64,000 nucleotides of DNA. Origin: the human T2T-CHM13v2.0 reference genome, Homo sapiens. Numbering within the stretch: position 1 is the stretch's first letter; every line of letters starts with the position of its first letter. Shown in pieces: positions 11,137-30,699 of this stretch. The translations under genes were made by a program, and so were the position numbers. The notes below the pieces were generated by a model. The model was given only the letters and a program-made list of their open reading frames with translations, did not search any database and was not told where the DNA came from. The stretch lies in the NCBI RefSeq assembly GCF_009914755.1, contig NC_060937.1. One strand, 5' to 3'.

Positions 11137-14100
11137 AACAATAATGCTTCTTGATCATGTATTATTACAGAGGTCTTCAAATAGTGTACAGCATATCGGG
11201 AAGTTCAAATCTGCAAAGATACAGTATGTATATTTCAATTATTTGTGCAGGAGAGATGCTAGGGCTGAGGGAAATGCATGTTAGACATTACATCGCATTC
11301 TACTTTCACTAGCTCTGCTACTGTCTTCTTTCCACGGTCGTCTTCTGGTCACTTTTAAAGCATCTCCATAGACCTGGAAGAAACTTTATTTTCTCTTTTT
11401 CTTGCAACACCCACAGATTATCATTCTGTTAATAATGCTAGCACATGGAGACGGGGAGGGGAGGTGTGGTAAAGGGATCTTCTACCTTTCTTCAGACTTC
11501 CTGAGTGCGCACTATCATTCTGTGAGTTTCAAAATGCCCTCATCCATATTTTCTACTGTGGTTTGGACACTCGCTTTGGCTGCACTGATATTTGTGATTG
11601 CTACAAACTACTGGACACCATTTCTGTCTGTTTTTACTTCCAGGCTCCACATTGCTTGCAGTAGTATCAGTTTCTCCCAGCCCAGTATCCACCCCTATAT
11701 GTGGCTCTACGTTCAGCGATAGCCAACCTTTAATATATATTACACTACAGATAGTAACCAGTCACTGCTGATGAGATTCAAGCTATGAGAAGGCATTTTT
11801 TGAACAATGACAATAACCCTAGCGATACTTTAAGGGAAAACAATTAAATCTCCACCAAAAAAAGGTTTCAAGTATCTGTTAGTTAAATAGCTGCTATGTC
11901 TGACTTAGTAGAAAAATTATATTAACAATGTCAATGCCCTCTATTGGTTTTCCACTAAATATAGCTAACATATTTAACTGTTATTATTCCAAAATGCTTG
12001 TTTTTAGCTTATCTCAAAACCATTTTAGAGAAGGATTGTTTATATCTATTTTATACAGAGAACAACTTTAACATGTAGTATAATCGATTCTTTAGATTAG
12101 AAATCATTTTTATTCTATGCTTTACTCGCTGGGGATTAATCTTCATGTGATCAGAATGAGCCTGCTATTTAAATACTGAATTACACCTACTAAATTGAGA
12201 ATAATTGCTTTCTACCTGGCATTAAAGGACTTCCGTAACAGTCCCAACCAGCCCTTTACAATCTAATCTCCCATTACCACCCTACACAGGTGGTATACTC
12301 TAGCGAAAATAAATTTGTCACCATTTTACATTCTTGTTATACTCACTAAAACATTTACGTTTATTGCTCTTTTACTCAGAAAGACTTTGATTGAGGATAT
12401 CCTAGCTTGTGTTACAGCAACAGATAGCTCCAAAATTGAAGTGACGTAACCCACCAAGTGTCTATTTCTTGCAAATACTTTACGATTAATGCAGGTCATG
12501 GAGGGGTAGAGGGGTTGTGGGATTACTGTGATTCACAAGATCTCTGAGACAGGCTGACAGAGACTGCAAATTTAATTTCTTCACATTTATTTAGCAATAA
12601 AATGGAAAAAAGAATGTCTACTTTTGCAAGTCTGTCATGAAGATTAAATATGGAAAACACTGTTTGGATATCCCAAAGATAACATTCCTTCTCTCTTTTC
12701 CACTGAGCACCTGTAAGAAACAAATTTCACCTCCCATTTGGACTATAGTTATGTTTTTGCCTGCTAAATGTTAAGTGCTTGAGGACAAAGCATATGTCTT
12801 TTTTATTCTTGTATCTGCTTAATTGTCCAGATGTTGCCAGTAGACTTTTGGTAATACTTGTCGAATGTAGAGAACTCATAATTCTCCAATACTGGAATGG
12901 CTTTCTAAGTGTTCTCTGCAATCCTTGCTCTGTATTTAATCTGAATAGAAATAGAAATAAAAATGAAATATTGAGTGTTTTAGTTTTAAAGAGTCATATA
13001 AGATAAATGCATAACTAATTTTAGCTTTAAGTTTTTCCTCCTACAAACCTTTATGAAAGTTTATAAACTGAGAAACTTTTTTCCAAGAAGTATGGATCCC
13101 AGCATATAGTAGTTGCTTAATGCATATTTATGAATGAAGTCTGATGCACTTGCAGAGAAACTATACAAGTCTAGAGATATTAATTATACATCTATAAAAT
13201 ATAAATTAATATAGGCTTTTGTCAAGAGATTTTTCTCTGAGTATCCTAAAAGAAATATTTCATAATCTTGAAGTCAACATTCTTAAGCCACATATGTTTT
13301 GAAGTAATTTAGTAATGTTAGGATTTTTATTCTTTTTCTTGATATTTAATAGGCACTTTTATAAGGGGGAGAAGAATTGTTAGAAAGTCATACTTCTACA
13401 AACGTTATTTTCAGTCTTTGCATGACTTATTGAGGTGTCTGGCTTATGGAATGCATTTGGGCTCCATTCCTTACTCCATCAATGACTGCATAATTGAAAA
13501 ATAAAAATATGAAAATGCTCACTTGTTCTGATACAGGGTCTCTTTTGTAACATGTAAGAAAAAATTTGTATAAAATATGTAAGTTCTCTGAAATGCAAAG
13601 TACAAGCTGTTATTGCTATGCTATTATTTTTACAAATTAGTTTCCTTCATCAATAGTCATGTATAGAACTGGATTAATACTAGTAGACACACTCTTAAAT
13701 AGAAGGAATATATTATCAATAAGGTTATTTCATCTAAAAACACAATGAAAGATTCTCAACTATGTGGGAATTTACACACATACTATTATTCAAGTGTGTT
13801 GGGAGAAAAATCTTACTCTACTAAATACATTCAGGAACATTTTAGGATGAGATACATGTTTTGAGAATACATTCATATCTGAAATATGCATTTTTCTTAT
13901 AAATTCCTTTCTTCTTGATATTCTAGGTGTCAACCAATTTTTCACTGGATTTTCAACCCATAAAAAGAAGCTGTAAATTTCAGAAAAACGAGAGTGTAAT
14001 TTCAAGACAAATACATCACAAAAGTATGAATAAGAAAGAAATGTGTTGTTTCAGCTAGGCAGGTATTCCTGTTAATTTATGGAGCCGTTTGTCCTGCTTG

Positions 14101-14571
14101 TAAAATTCCATTTTTTATGGAATAGAGAATTATTGCTGCTGTAAGATGTAACAAAATGGCTAAATGCCTGAGGGAAATACAATAAGGACATTTGGGTTAG
14201 GAATATAATAATATTCAAAATATTTCACTGGGAAGTTAGAAAAAGTTATCCCAGTTTTCTTTTAATAAATTGAAGCAGAATGCTAATTTAAAGCTAAATA
14301 AATATAACAATCTGAATGCTGCCATGCACACCAATATAATTTATTTAAAAGATTTGCCAAATGTATATAACAATGATTAAAACCATTAATGTATGTATGT
14401 ATGTATGTAACAATAATTAAAACCATTAATGAAATTCCATGATTTTTTTTTGTCTTGAATATTATATCCATTTGTCTAATTTGGACTAAATATTAAATAT
14501 TCCAGTCATTTTAGCTTGCTACATAAAATTAAACAAATAGAGATGGGAATGTCGAGGAAAGAAGATATATA

Positions 14572-15050
14572 CTGTACAGTGCTGGCTGTCCCTAACTACT
14601 CATTCTGCCTTTCATTTTTACTAACTGAAACCCAGTTCTGTGTGGTTTAGTGTTGTTCCCAGCTAACCACTTGATTTCCCCAGCTGCTGCCCATCTAGGT
14701 GTGGCCTAATGACACATTTCTGGCCAATAAGATGTAAGTAGAACAATGTTGGGCAAGGCACCCAGGAGAGCTGTGTATTCTTGGATTAAAAGAGACAGAT
14801 TTAGCTGCCATTCCCTTTACTTCCCCTTTCCACTTTTATCTTGTGGAATGTCTTTGTGATGCATAGGAGTGCAGATGCCATGTTGCAATTGAGGATAAAA
14901 GTCACATTTCAAAGATTGCAGGCCCCATAGGTAGATGGTGCCTGAAGCATCAAAGACATCTTAAGGCCACTGCCATAGTACTGGGTTTCTTATTATATGG
15001 CGAAAATAAATCACTTTTGCAATCTTGTTGTATTTTTTCCCCTTCTACAA
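14572..15050 (+). mobile_element. LTR33-like ERVL LTR
   Basis: gatttccccagc...ctaggtgtggcctaatgacacatttctggccaataagatgtaagtagaa matches the recalled LTR33 core. Confidence 0.55.
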
Positions 15051-15232
15051 GTGTTGAACACAAGAAAAAAAGAAAGGGAAGAGGAAGAGGAGAGATGACA
15101 GTAAATCTATGTTGTTTAGAAAGATGAAATGGGAGATTTTAAAGTAGGCAAATAATTATAAATCCTATCTTCAGTCTCCAAAAATGACTTCAAGAGTTCT
15201 AGTTATAACATAATCACTTTCTGGAGTCTAGG

Positions 15233-15799
15233 TGTTACCAGGAAGGGGTCTCGATCCAGGCCACAAGAGAGCGTTCTTGGATCTCGTGCAAGAAAGGATT
15301 CAGGGTGAGTCCACAGAGGAAAGGGAAAGCAAGTTTATTAGGAAAGTAAAGGAATAGAAGAATGGCTACTCCATAGACAGAGCAGCCCCAAGGGCCGCTG
15401 GTTGCCCATTACTATGTTGTTGTTGTTGTTTTCTTAATATGCTAAACAGGGGGTGGATTATTCATGCCCTCCCCCCCACCTTTTTAGGGCATACAGGGTA
15501 ACTTCCTGACATTGCCATGACATTAGTAACCTGTCATGGTGCTGGTGGGAGTGTAGCAGTGAGGACGACCAGAGGTCACTCTCGTTGCCCTCTTGGTTTT
15601 GGTGGGATTTGTCTGGCTTCTTTACTGCAAACTGTTTTATCAACAAGCTCTTTATGAACTGTATTTTGTGCTGACCTCCTATCTCATCCTTTGACTTAGA
15701 ATACCTTAACCATGTAGGAATCCAACCCAGTAGGTTTCAGGCTCATTTTACCCAGCTCCTATTCGAGATGCAGTTGCTCTGCCGTAACTGCCTCTGACA
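15233..15799 (-). mobile_element. MER41A solo LTR (ERV1)
   Basis: Minus strand reads TGTCAGAGGC...GGTAACA with MER41 internal motifs; 567 bp; exact 4-bp TSD TAGG (15229-15232 / 15800-15803); lacks the MER41B GAS segment. Confidence 0.85.
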
Positions 15800-16654
15800 T
15801 AGGCAGGAAGTAAAACAAGAGAAAAAGTGAAAAGGGCATGTGAAATTGAGTCAGCCCTCTGTTAAGAAGTCCTCTCAGAATCCTAAACCACCAATGTGGA
15901 TTTGGACAAAACAGTCCCATGTCTACCACTGTCTGTAGGGAGATTGAAGAATATGTTTCCTTACCTAGGTACATTGCTTTTGCTTTATCATTGTAATATT
16001 AATCTTATAAAATGAGATGGGTATCTTTTTTTTCTTACTAGTATTCTCTGGAAAATTTGGGGGCCACTTCTTACTTTCATTCATGTAGCTGTTTTTCAGT
16101 ATGTATTTCACAGTTTCAGACTATGATGTAAGGTTTACTAGCGTCAAACTGCAAACTCAAGTTAGGGCTGGATCAGCGATCCTGAATTCTTGAACAGAAA
16201 GTTGGCCTGTTTTTGTCGAAGAGTCCTGGCCAAGACAGATTCATGTATGTTCTCTCCCTCTCTCAGTTGAGCTTTCTTAGTTTACGCTTTCACTGAGCGT
16301 GAAGCTCTTTCAGTTTCCCAGTCATTTTAGGTAATTCTTTTTGGGGTAGTCTTAATTATAAGTCTCCATCTTAACTTCTCTCCATTCATGTCTTTTAGAA
16401 ACACCAGACTTTGGCTACTCTGATGTCTTTAAAACATGTCTATAAATTCTCTGATGTTCCTCCTCGGTAGCAGATTCATGAGCAAAACAAATGTTGTGTT
16501 AAGTCCCTGAGTTGTAGTATAGTTTGTTTTGCAGCTATGGTAACAGGAATACTTAGGGAGATTGCCACTACCTTGTCTCTATGATTCCTCATCCTAACTT
16601 TCTGTTTCTTCATTTGTGAAGAAGGAAGACTTTTGTTTTCACAGGAGCATTTTT

Positions 16655-16947
<293 letters not shown>

Positions 16948-19900
16948 CACAGGAGCATTTTTGTTGAAAAATAAAAACAATTTAAGGAATAATATGTAAT
17001 CTTAAAATTTTATTTCAAAAAATATCTTATTTAAAAGCTTGAAAATCGACAGCATGATAAGGAGCAATGCAAGCTATCGGGGTCTAGTGTGTGTGTTTTG
17101 TGTTCAGGATATAAATTTTCAGCTACTGATAGTATTTCAATAATGATTATAGTCATTTCAGTTTCTCTTTAACTTTCTCAGTTTTGTTAAGCAGTATTCA
17201 AGAAATTGCTCACTTGTCTAAGATTTTGATTTATTGATATGTTTTATGACCTTCATATATTTCATACATTTAATTTTTATGTATAATCACATCTCCCTTT
17301 AATTATGTCTTTTGTGTTTTTCTTGATTAATACTCAGTGATATTTCGGTTTTATTCTACTTTATAAATAGACTTTTGGAATTTTGTTCTTCTCTATTAAA
17401 ACTTTCAAAAAATTATCTTTCTTACATCTTCTCTCTACAACTTCAAAAACTTTACTCTGACATTTATATTCCTTTCAAAGTTCTAGAAGATTTTCATCTT
17501 TTTATCCCCATTGAAAAAAATCAAATATTTTAAACTGTTCTCTCTATAACAGGCATTGTATTTAATAAATGATGTTATAGAAGAATAGACAGTTGTGATA
17601 AATTAGGAAAATGAATTCTTTTTTTTTCTTTTAGAAGTTTAAGATGTACTCTTAAGAGTGAGATGCTGAAATAGAGTGGCAGTAGAGGTCATTCAATGGA
17701 GAAAAATTTTAAAAATGGGAGATTGATGGATATCTAAATAGACATGCATATTTTCAGTCTAATGGCAGGAGTTGGGATAACAATGAAGGAGACTTTAGTT
17801 CAATTGAACTCCTGAATGAATAGGAGCAAATGACCCATCAAGATATATTAATGATAAAGAAGAGGAAGAGAGTATACATTTAAGAAAAGGAGAGTGTTTT
17901 ATATGAGGGAGAAAAAAATGATCAAGCTTTGAAAAACATGGTTAGAAGAATGGGTCATGGCTCTGCCTCCAGACTTCATGGACAATAATGTGAGGTGAGA
18001 GAAGGACCAGTGTCCAATCATGGAGAGAAATACAAGTTTCAGTCTGTGGAAACAAATAGAAGTTTCTACAAATAGACTATAAATACAGTGAACTTTTTTG
18101 GAAATGCAACGAAGTTGGATTGTACAATATGGTAGAAGGAATAGAAAGCTATGTATTAATAAAGTCATGAAAGCAATGGGTAAGTAGAATATGCTATCTT
18201 CAGGAACTGTGGCTATGAGAGATATAGATGGAATCAGCCTATGGATATTAAATGCCACACCAGAAGGCTGAATGAAATCAGTGGAATGTCTGTGGCTGTG
18301 ACTGAGGGGGTAGCTTGAATTGGCATGTGGCATTGCCTCAGTAGAAGCTGTATAGTCTAAGTGGAAGAATGACGAGTGGCTTATTCTTCTTCTTGTATTC
18401 AGGGCTCACCAGAGTGTTGTTGCTTCTACTGCTGCTTAAGCCTAGCCTTGCTGAGTCCTATCTACTGTTGAGACAAAGTCTCAGTGGTGCTACAAAGGTA
18501 CAGTGCTCCTGAGTGTTCTGTTTCCACTGAAGAGTATAAAGGTAGTATCTGCCAAGTGGGACTTTACGTTCATGAATGTTTCCTCAAGACAGAGTAAAAG
18601 TTATATTAAATTGTCAGATTAAAATAGAGAGGTCCAGAATGAATTAGTAGCAAGTAATTTAATCTGATAATCTCAGAATGAGAGTATTTTAAGTCATCAG
18701 GAAGTAAGATCGCATTAGTCTTACGTTGTGTTGGTTGACATTCTTTCTCTTTGCTTTGGAAGGCAGGGATGAGGCCTTTTTAACCTCCTTCTTTTTCTCT
18801 CCCCATTTCTTTGCTCCCTCCCCACTCTGGCTAGGGCAGTGGAATAGTAGCAGTCTAATGTGATGTATCAGACAAGAACACCTTCTTGCCTGGTGATACT
18901 TATAGCTTGGTATTCTCTTCAGCAGGCTTCGTGGCTATTACACTGTACTTTTTCAACATTAATATTCCCATTCTATTGCTTAAATTACCCACTAAGAATG
19001 ATATCAAAGTTATTTCCAGTACATTTTCATTTAAGGATAATGATCATTAATGACTACAAAGCTGAGATTTCCTCAGCTCAGAAAGCCTGAATATAGCTAA
19101 AGAAGATGAGCAGGGCTGGATATTAGTGATAAATATAGAAGATTAACTTCTTATTGGGGTAGAAAAAGATATTTAGATTGCTAAGTTGTAATGAAAATTA
19201 AAACCTATAGTTCCTAAATTGTTCTAAGCCAGCCGTTACTTATAAACAGACTATTCCTATATCACTTATACAAAATCTTTATTAGTCTTGCCTCTAATTG
19301 CAATTTACATGTTGGAAACAGCCCTAAATTTCCTGACATATTCATATCAGTGTCTTCTTTTACATCTCACATACAGTGGTCCCTACATGATGATTAGCAT
19401 ATCCTCTCTAATTCTGTAAGAATTACAAAGTATATCATAATTTCATTTTGGTCACTCCACTTTAAATTGTTTATTCTTGGTCTAAAAAAATCCTATGTTT
19501 AGTATAATTGTTCTGCATATTTCCCTATACCATTTCTGTTAAATTAGAAAACTTCCTTCATTTCTCATTTCAACTTTTATTATGTTGGTCATCCTTAGTT
19601 TAAGCAAAAGAAAACGACAAGAATTGATCATCTTCTCCCACCCTTTAGCTTTTCAACTTATTTTCTCTGGACATGCTTCCCTCAGCCTCCCCCCCCTAGA
19701 ACTATTGATGCTCTAGGACTGATTCCTTGACTGACAGTGTTACTGATGAACACTTTAGCCTTCTTGGCTCACACCTGCTCCTACATTAAAACCTCATGAA
19801 TGAACATGTAGGAATCCGTTTGCTCCCAGGTCAGTTTTCTACTTCTCTCACAGTGGTAACTTTGTAATCAGAACTCGTGGTGTCTTAGAATTCTAGTTTC

Positions 19901-20454
19901 ACTCCAATATCAGTCTTGAGTCTGTTCTCTGGCTGAAGCTTTGTTCTACCCCACAATGCTATAATGTTGAGCTCTGCCTTCCATGGCTACGTGAACTCTG
20001 GATACTGAGCTTGCTCATAGAAAACATGTTGTTAACATTGTCTAATATTAGATGAACCTTAAAGTATGTGGCCTCCATTTCTACTGTACCTTAATATACT
20101 TCTGCAACTAGTCTTTACAAATATGTTTTTTCATGTTTTCCATGATCTAGATAACAAGTTTTATACAGCCTTCAGTCCAAGAGAACAATTATGCCACCAA
20201 TCTGAGCTTCCAGTAAGACACCGATGGCTGTACCATGTATCTTCCATCAGCCTCACAATCACTCTGCTTGCATCCTATCTAGCACTGCATAATTCTCAAA
20301 AAGCTAACCTAATTCTAGGTTCAAAGCAATTCTATCATGCCTAAATAGAATTAAAAGTGTGTCCAGATACTCTATCTTATTTCATTGACTCTGAAAACTA
20401 TTGTAGGTATGGTACTGGGTATAGAAAAACAAAATGCATGTATAACACTATGTA

Positions 20455-20572
20455 GCATGTATATATGTGTGTGTGTGTGCATGTGTATATATAATATATA
20501 TGATAAATATATATGATATATAATATACTATATATTATGATACATAATATATATACACACACATATATATAG
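20455..20572. repeat. Compound (TG)/(TA)/(CA) low-complexity repeat
   Basis: Alternating purine-pyrimidine tract. Confidence 0.85.
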
Positions 20573-21765
20573 CTTTTAAATATACAAACACAAAAACTAG
20601 GTATAGTTTAATTAATAGTGTCAGTCTTATCTATTATGCCTTCATGGACTATGTTATTTCTATTTAGTAGCAAAGACTCAGGACACTAAGGATGGCATCT
20701 AGGCTACCCTGTGTCAAGTAGCACTCAAATGTGATATGATGGTAATAATTGATAACATAGGTATCCAATACATACAATGGGCAATTACGTTTACATGAAG
20801 AAAAACTGATAATTTATTAGTTTAGAATAAAAAGGTGGATATGATTGTTTGAGCAAAACTCATTTGCCTGATATCACTTCCCAAAGAAATTATTAACTTT
20901 CTCTATGCTATTTCTCAGAGTTATCCTTAACTATGTTGAAAAATTCAGCTAGGTACAGAGCGCAAATCTCTTATCTTTTTAAAGCCTTTTCATGCTCATA
21001 CACCACAAAAAGCAGAGGTCTTTTTATTACATAGTATCCTCAGTTTCATGGAGAAAAACAAATACTAAAGAGTCATGACAGCATTAATAAAATATTTGTT
21101 TTGAGATATCAATATTTTGATTATAAGTATTCTTAGTTTGCTAAGAACAACCACATGCAATGTCAGTCATGAGCCTTAGAGTTCATTAAACCACGAATGT
21201 CCTAAATAATGTGTATCTGCTAGTAGTGTTGTCCAGGTTTGTCATTTATTATTAAGATACAAGATATTATTTTCAGTAGCATTTGGTTTGTTCTTTTCAT
21301 GAAAGCATGAGAGTTGTTTTACTTACATTTAAAAAAAAAAAAGCATACAAGGGCAATATTCAATTATTTTATGTATCAACTAATGTATGGCAGCTATGAA
21401 ATCCAGTTAATAAAAATGTTTTCTTTTTGTTTTTCTGCCCACTTTATGTGTTTAGTAATGTTTTCAATTATATGTATTGAATAATGATGAATTGATGTGT
21501 AATATACTCTAAAATTAACACAGCATAATTTTTTTAATTGATTCCCAAGTATTCGAATCTGCTCTTACCTATGTTCCATGTATTTCTAATTTTATGAAAT
21601 TGAGCATAAATAATTCACCCATGTCACCATTGTCTTCTCTGTCTACCTTTTTACCTGAACCTTCTTTTCCATCTTTTTGCTTATTCTTTTTAAAAAATTT
21701 TCACAAACCTTTGTTTATGTCATATATTTATGTAATCATGACCATTTTAAGAAAAATATGTAAAT

Positions 21766-24795
<3,030 letters not shown>

Positions 24796-24846
24796 AAGAA
24801 AAATACACAAATGAGTCACACAGAGCTTTTAATTCAGTAAGAGTAA

Positions 24847-25206
<360 letters not shown>

Positions 25207-25688
25207 TGACAAATATAAAAATATTATGTTCTTTTTCTATAACTGACAACACAGCTGAAATGATAATATAAGAGAGTAGGTATGAGTCTATTTATTATAT
25301 ATGTACATCTTTTCTTAAAAATATAGGCTGACAGAAGATTTCACATAGTCGAAAAACTAGAAAGTACCCTGAGGGTACACAGTAATCTAAATCAAAGAAA
25401 GCTGACCAAGACAAGATAAACAAGATAATAACAGGGTCAAAACATTCCTGTTGCCACATCTAATGAAACAAACAAGCAAAGAAATAAAAAGAAAAGCAGC
25501 AGAAACAAACAAACAAGCAAATAAAAAATGCTAACTTTAATCAAACTAGGAAAGGGTAAAAACTTATATCAGGTAGTTGGAAAATCATTGACCACAGCAA
25601 GAAAACCATTGATTAAATATGTGAATGTTACTCTACTCCTCCAAAAGCACATCGGTGTGTAAGAAATTGGTGAGTGGAGTAGAAATTA

Positions 25689-26475
<787 letters not shown>

Positions 26476-29400
26476 TGTAAAAGGATATCAATCAGTGAAA
26501 CATTCCTATCTTCCTATTTTAATCCTTTCATTCAATTGGGTGTACCAATTTAGTAAAGCTCCTAAGTGGAAGGTTGTTCTTTCCTTTCCTCCCTATCCAG
26601 GGCCAGAGAGAGACAATGGGTTATGTAAATGCTTCAGCTCTACAGACTCACATTTATCCTCCAGTGGGTTTTGCCAAAACTGTGGACTAGGTGGATTCAG
26701 GGTCACCTTGAACTGCTTTCTCCAACATGTCTGCTGGTGACAACATATTCATCTTGAACACCACAATTTCACATCTCTCAATTAGCTTAGAAATAAGCGG
26801 GAGAGAATAATTTATTGGTGGTCTCAGTCCCCCAATAAAAGTTAAGTGAAAACAACAACAACCACAACAAAACTCTTCCAGCTCAAAATTTAGAAGAAAG
26901 GGAATGTGATGTGCAGAGAGAAAGCAGCTCAGAGACAACAAGGCATGTAACTGTTGTCTAGGAACCTTCTGCACCCCCATGTGTCAGTAGAAAACTTAGG
27001 ACCTGCTACTGGAAGGAAAGCATAGGAGATCTCAGGGAATATATCATCATCATATCATTATGATACTTACTGTCAGAGGAAAGTAATAAGACAAGAGATG
27101 CTGGCAGTTATGAGTGTAGCAGAGAAAAACAGACAGTCTGAAAAATGGTAGCCTCTTTGAGCCTAAGCCTTCTCGTGGATAATGAAGATTATATTATCCT
27201 CACTTCTCTTATTTGGTGGATGTCGGGTCAGATGAAAAAGGTTGAAAAATGTACAGCTCTCTAAAGCGCTAAACCTATTACAGTATTTTCATTTTGCTCT
27301 TTCATCCTCTTTTCTCTTGGTTTGGGATATTTCTATTTTTGGAAAAGTTCTCACCCATTTGGGTATCCAAATTTTTTGCATTCTTTACATTAACTCTTTC
27401 TGTAATTCCTTTCTCATTTTAATCCTAGGTTCTGGGAAATAGGGTGGTTATTTAGAATATTGTATAATCAAGAAAGTGACATTTTAGGGTCCACATAGCT
27501 CTCAAGCTGCCATCATTTCCTTGTTTATATCTGATGGCTTTTTTTCAGTATCAGAATTTCTAATTACCAGAATCAACTTGTCATTAAAATAGCTTTCTCT
27601 CTGGATGGTCTGTTTCCCATTGTCTCTCCTAAATCTTCCTTGGACTTATTTATTTTCCCATTAACAGATTACTATCAATATACATCTGTTTTATTTCCTT
27701 TTATCAGCTTGATTTCTTGCACCTCACTGTTTTCAGACAGTCATTGTCATCTTTTCAGGTCATTTCAACATTTCCTTTCTGTTTTTTTTTTTTCTTGGAT
27801 GATATAGTTCTTGTAACATTGATATCCTTGGGAAAAAAATGTCAAGTTGGATTTACACAAAAAAGTGGGGGGAGAGGTAAGAAGTAGTCTTGACACATAA
27901 GGTGGGTTACAGAACCATAAATGGTATCTTAAGTCAAAATGATATAAATCAAATCTGATTTTCCTACAGAAATAATGGTAAAATATTTCTGACAGAGAGG
28001 CACAGCACTGAATTTTTAAAAGAAATGCCCATATATTTTATATTTAAACTAGTATGAATAATGTTTTGAAATCTGAATGCTAAATTCTTTCAAATGTATT
28101 AGCAGAACAAGCTTACCAATCATATAATTTTACTAAATATATTACGTGGTATTGACTTAGTAAGTATCACATTCTGCCATAGTTAAATCTTAATTCCAGA
28201 CATAGTTTAAAAAAATAAAGAGGAAAGAAATACTTTTACTAGGTGAAAGGCTTCCGTAATGTTATTTTTCTTTTGGTATGTAATTATAATGGACATGTTT
28301 GAGGAGACTTTATTTTTCCTGGAGCCTGCTATAAGATACCTGTGAAGAACTAAAGGAACACTGAGGCTTTAAAACAGCGTGAATCTTTTGATAAGCAAAT
28401 CTAAATATAGATTTGTATGAGGTCATTTGTGTGGCTCTATGTGCTGATGAATTGATGATCTGTGTGTAATTGACTGAGGTTCATCAATGAAAAACCCAAG
28501 AACCAGCCTACTCACTTTTCCCTGGGGACAAATGTGCAGAGAAAATTTGAAATAGGTTTCAAATGAAAATAGTTCTACTGAGTTTTACCTTCACAAAACA
28601 ATGTTATTCTCTTAGATTATGAAAAAATTGAACTTCAAGTTTTCGATAAAAGCCTTTGTGAAAGAAAGAATAAAATAGACCATCCTCTTACACATGCATG
28701 TTCCTTGACACATGGTAGGTGCTCAGTAGTTATTTATTGAATAAGCAAAAATTAACTAATGACATTTGGATAACAAAACAACCAACTGGAATTTAAAATA
28801 AATGATTGCTTTTATAGATCCCTAAACAAGAATGTGAAATGGCAGCTGACTACATTCAACCCCTTATTCCATCTCAATTTATTCAAGCCCGTCTTTGTGT
28901 ATTGAGCCATCGCACCAGAGAACTAGCACTAATCAAATACCCCAACTGCAGATTTACTCACAGTTTACACCTGTGAGATTGGATGCAACATAAATATTCT
29001 GCTAAGCTTTCTCTTAAATCTGCCGGCAAATACCTTACCGGAGTTATGGTAATATAAAATTTTCTACCTTCATCATATTTATAGTAATGAGTGGTTTAAT
29101 TGACTTCCCTACAGCAGAACTCTCTTCCTTCTGAATTAAAGTAAGAGTAAAGATGGGGATATTACACTCTATTAATAGTTTAAGATGTAATAAATGGCTC
29201 AACCCAAAATAGCTGACTCAGAGACAGACAAAGATATTTTAATTTCTCAACAATTCATATGCAAGGAATGATTGCCCAAGTACAGAATTAGGGAACTGTA
29301 GGTTCTGCATGAATCACTTGAAGGCCCAATTCAGAAACTCTGAGAGAGGAATCTGCATTCTTTAACAAAATTTTCTGGTGCTTTTTGTACAATCCAAATG

Positions 29401-30699
29401 TTGTCAACCATTGTCTTACAATTTCTCTTACTGATTTAAAAAAAATTTCTTAGTTAGGATGGCGTGTTAAGTGTTTTGTCCTAGAAATTTTTTCCACATC
29501 AATAACTGACTAGAGACCTACGTGTAATATTAATAAAAACAGTACCTGTAGCATTTGTACTGATTATAGTATCTTTAAATATTTTTAGGAAAGAGGTAAT
29601 GTGATTAATATTTGTAGAGGAAAATACAAATGGCTATAATATGTGTCAGTAGGAGCTAAAAATTCACCAGCATTAATAACTCCTCTAGTGAGCTCTCAGT
29701 ATGCACTAAAGCAGTATGCATGCATTCTTCCTATTGCCATGTTAGTAAATATTTACAATAGCACCACATGATAGCTATTAGTATCTCCGTGTTAACAGAG
29801 AGACTGAGGGTCAGAGAAGCAAGGTGAGTGATCTGAAATTACATCAATCAGGTCCTTCTTTTGTAGAGTTTGCATTTCAAATTTTGAGAAACTAATACTC
29901 TAAGAGAGAACGGAAGAGGTAGGGGAGAGACAGAAGAGCCTACCCACAACACAGAGAGCGTCCAAGTCTGAGGCTCCCCGGAGGTCCAGAAAACTCACTT
30001 TCCAGGAGCTGAATTTCCTCTTACTCCTCCAGGTGTACATTTTGAGTGCTTGTGCGTCTGCCCACCCACCCACTCTCTCTTCCTTTCCTCAGCTCCTGAT
30101 TGGAGCCGAGTTTTTTGCTAGGGCCTTATCCCTAAAGGGAAGGTTCTGTTTCAGCACACCTGGGACAGAGGCTGGGGTGACATAGTTAGCAGACCCTCCC
30201 CAGGTGTGGTGAAACAGGCTTGCTGACACCTCAAACTAATCCCTCGCAGCCAGCTCACAAGCTACTTGGCCTACGTAAGTTTCTTTAGTATCCAGTATCC
30301 TTCTTTATTTTATTTCTACCATTTTGCCTCAAGATTGTGCCCTGTCTACACCCTCTAGTGCTCAGCTTCTCTCAGGTAAAATTTTGATTTTTATCTTTCG
30401 TACATTATTGAGTATTTTGGATTTTTTTTCATCTCTTCGTGATAGTAGCATTTCAAGCCTTAAATTTTGGAATGGTCTTTTGCTAACAACTTTCAAAATG
30501 TAGGACAGCATGAGGAGAAAATGCCTGACTCACTGGCCCATAGCAGACATTTCATACATCATTGTTGAATGAATGAAATAACAAATATATAATGTTTTAC
30601 ATACAAAGCCCATATTTTCATATGGTTGGTTGGTTTGTTCTCTGATCTTTCCCCTTTCTCCCTCTTGGTGTCTTATTTTTGTGTTAAAGATGCAGCTTT

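Noticed and set aside
28440-28480. TGATGA…CTGA as a C/D-box snoRNA
   Set aside because: Boxes only about 30 nt apart; too short and no convincing terminal stem.
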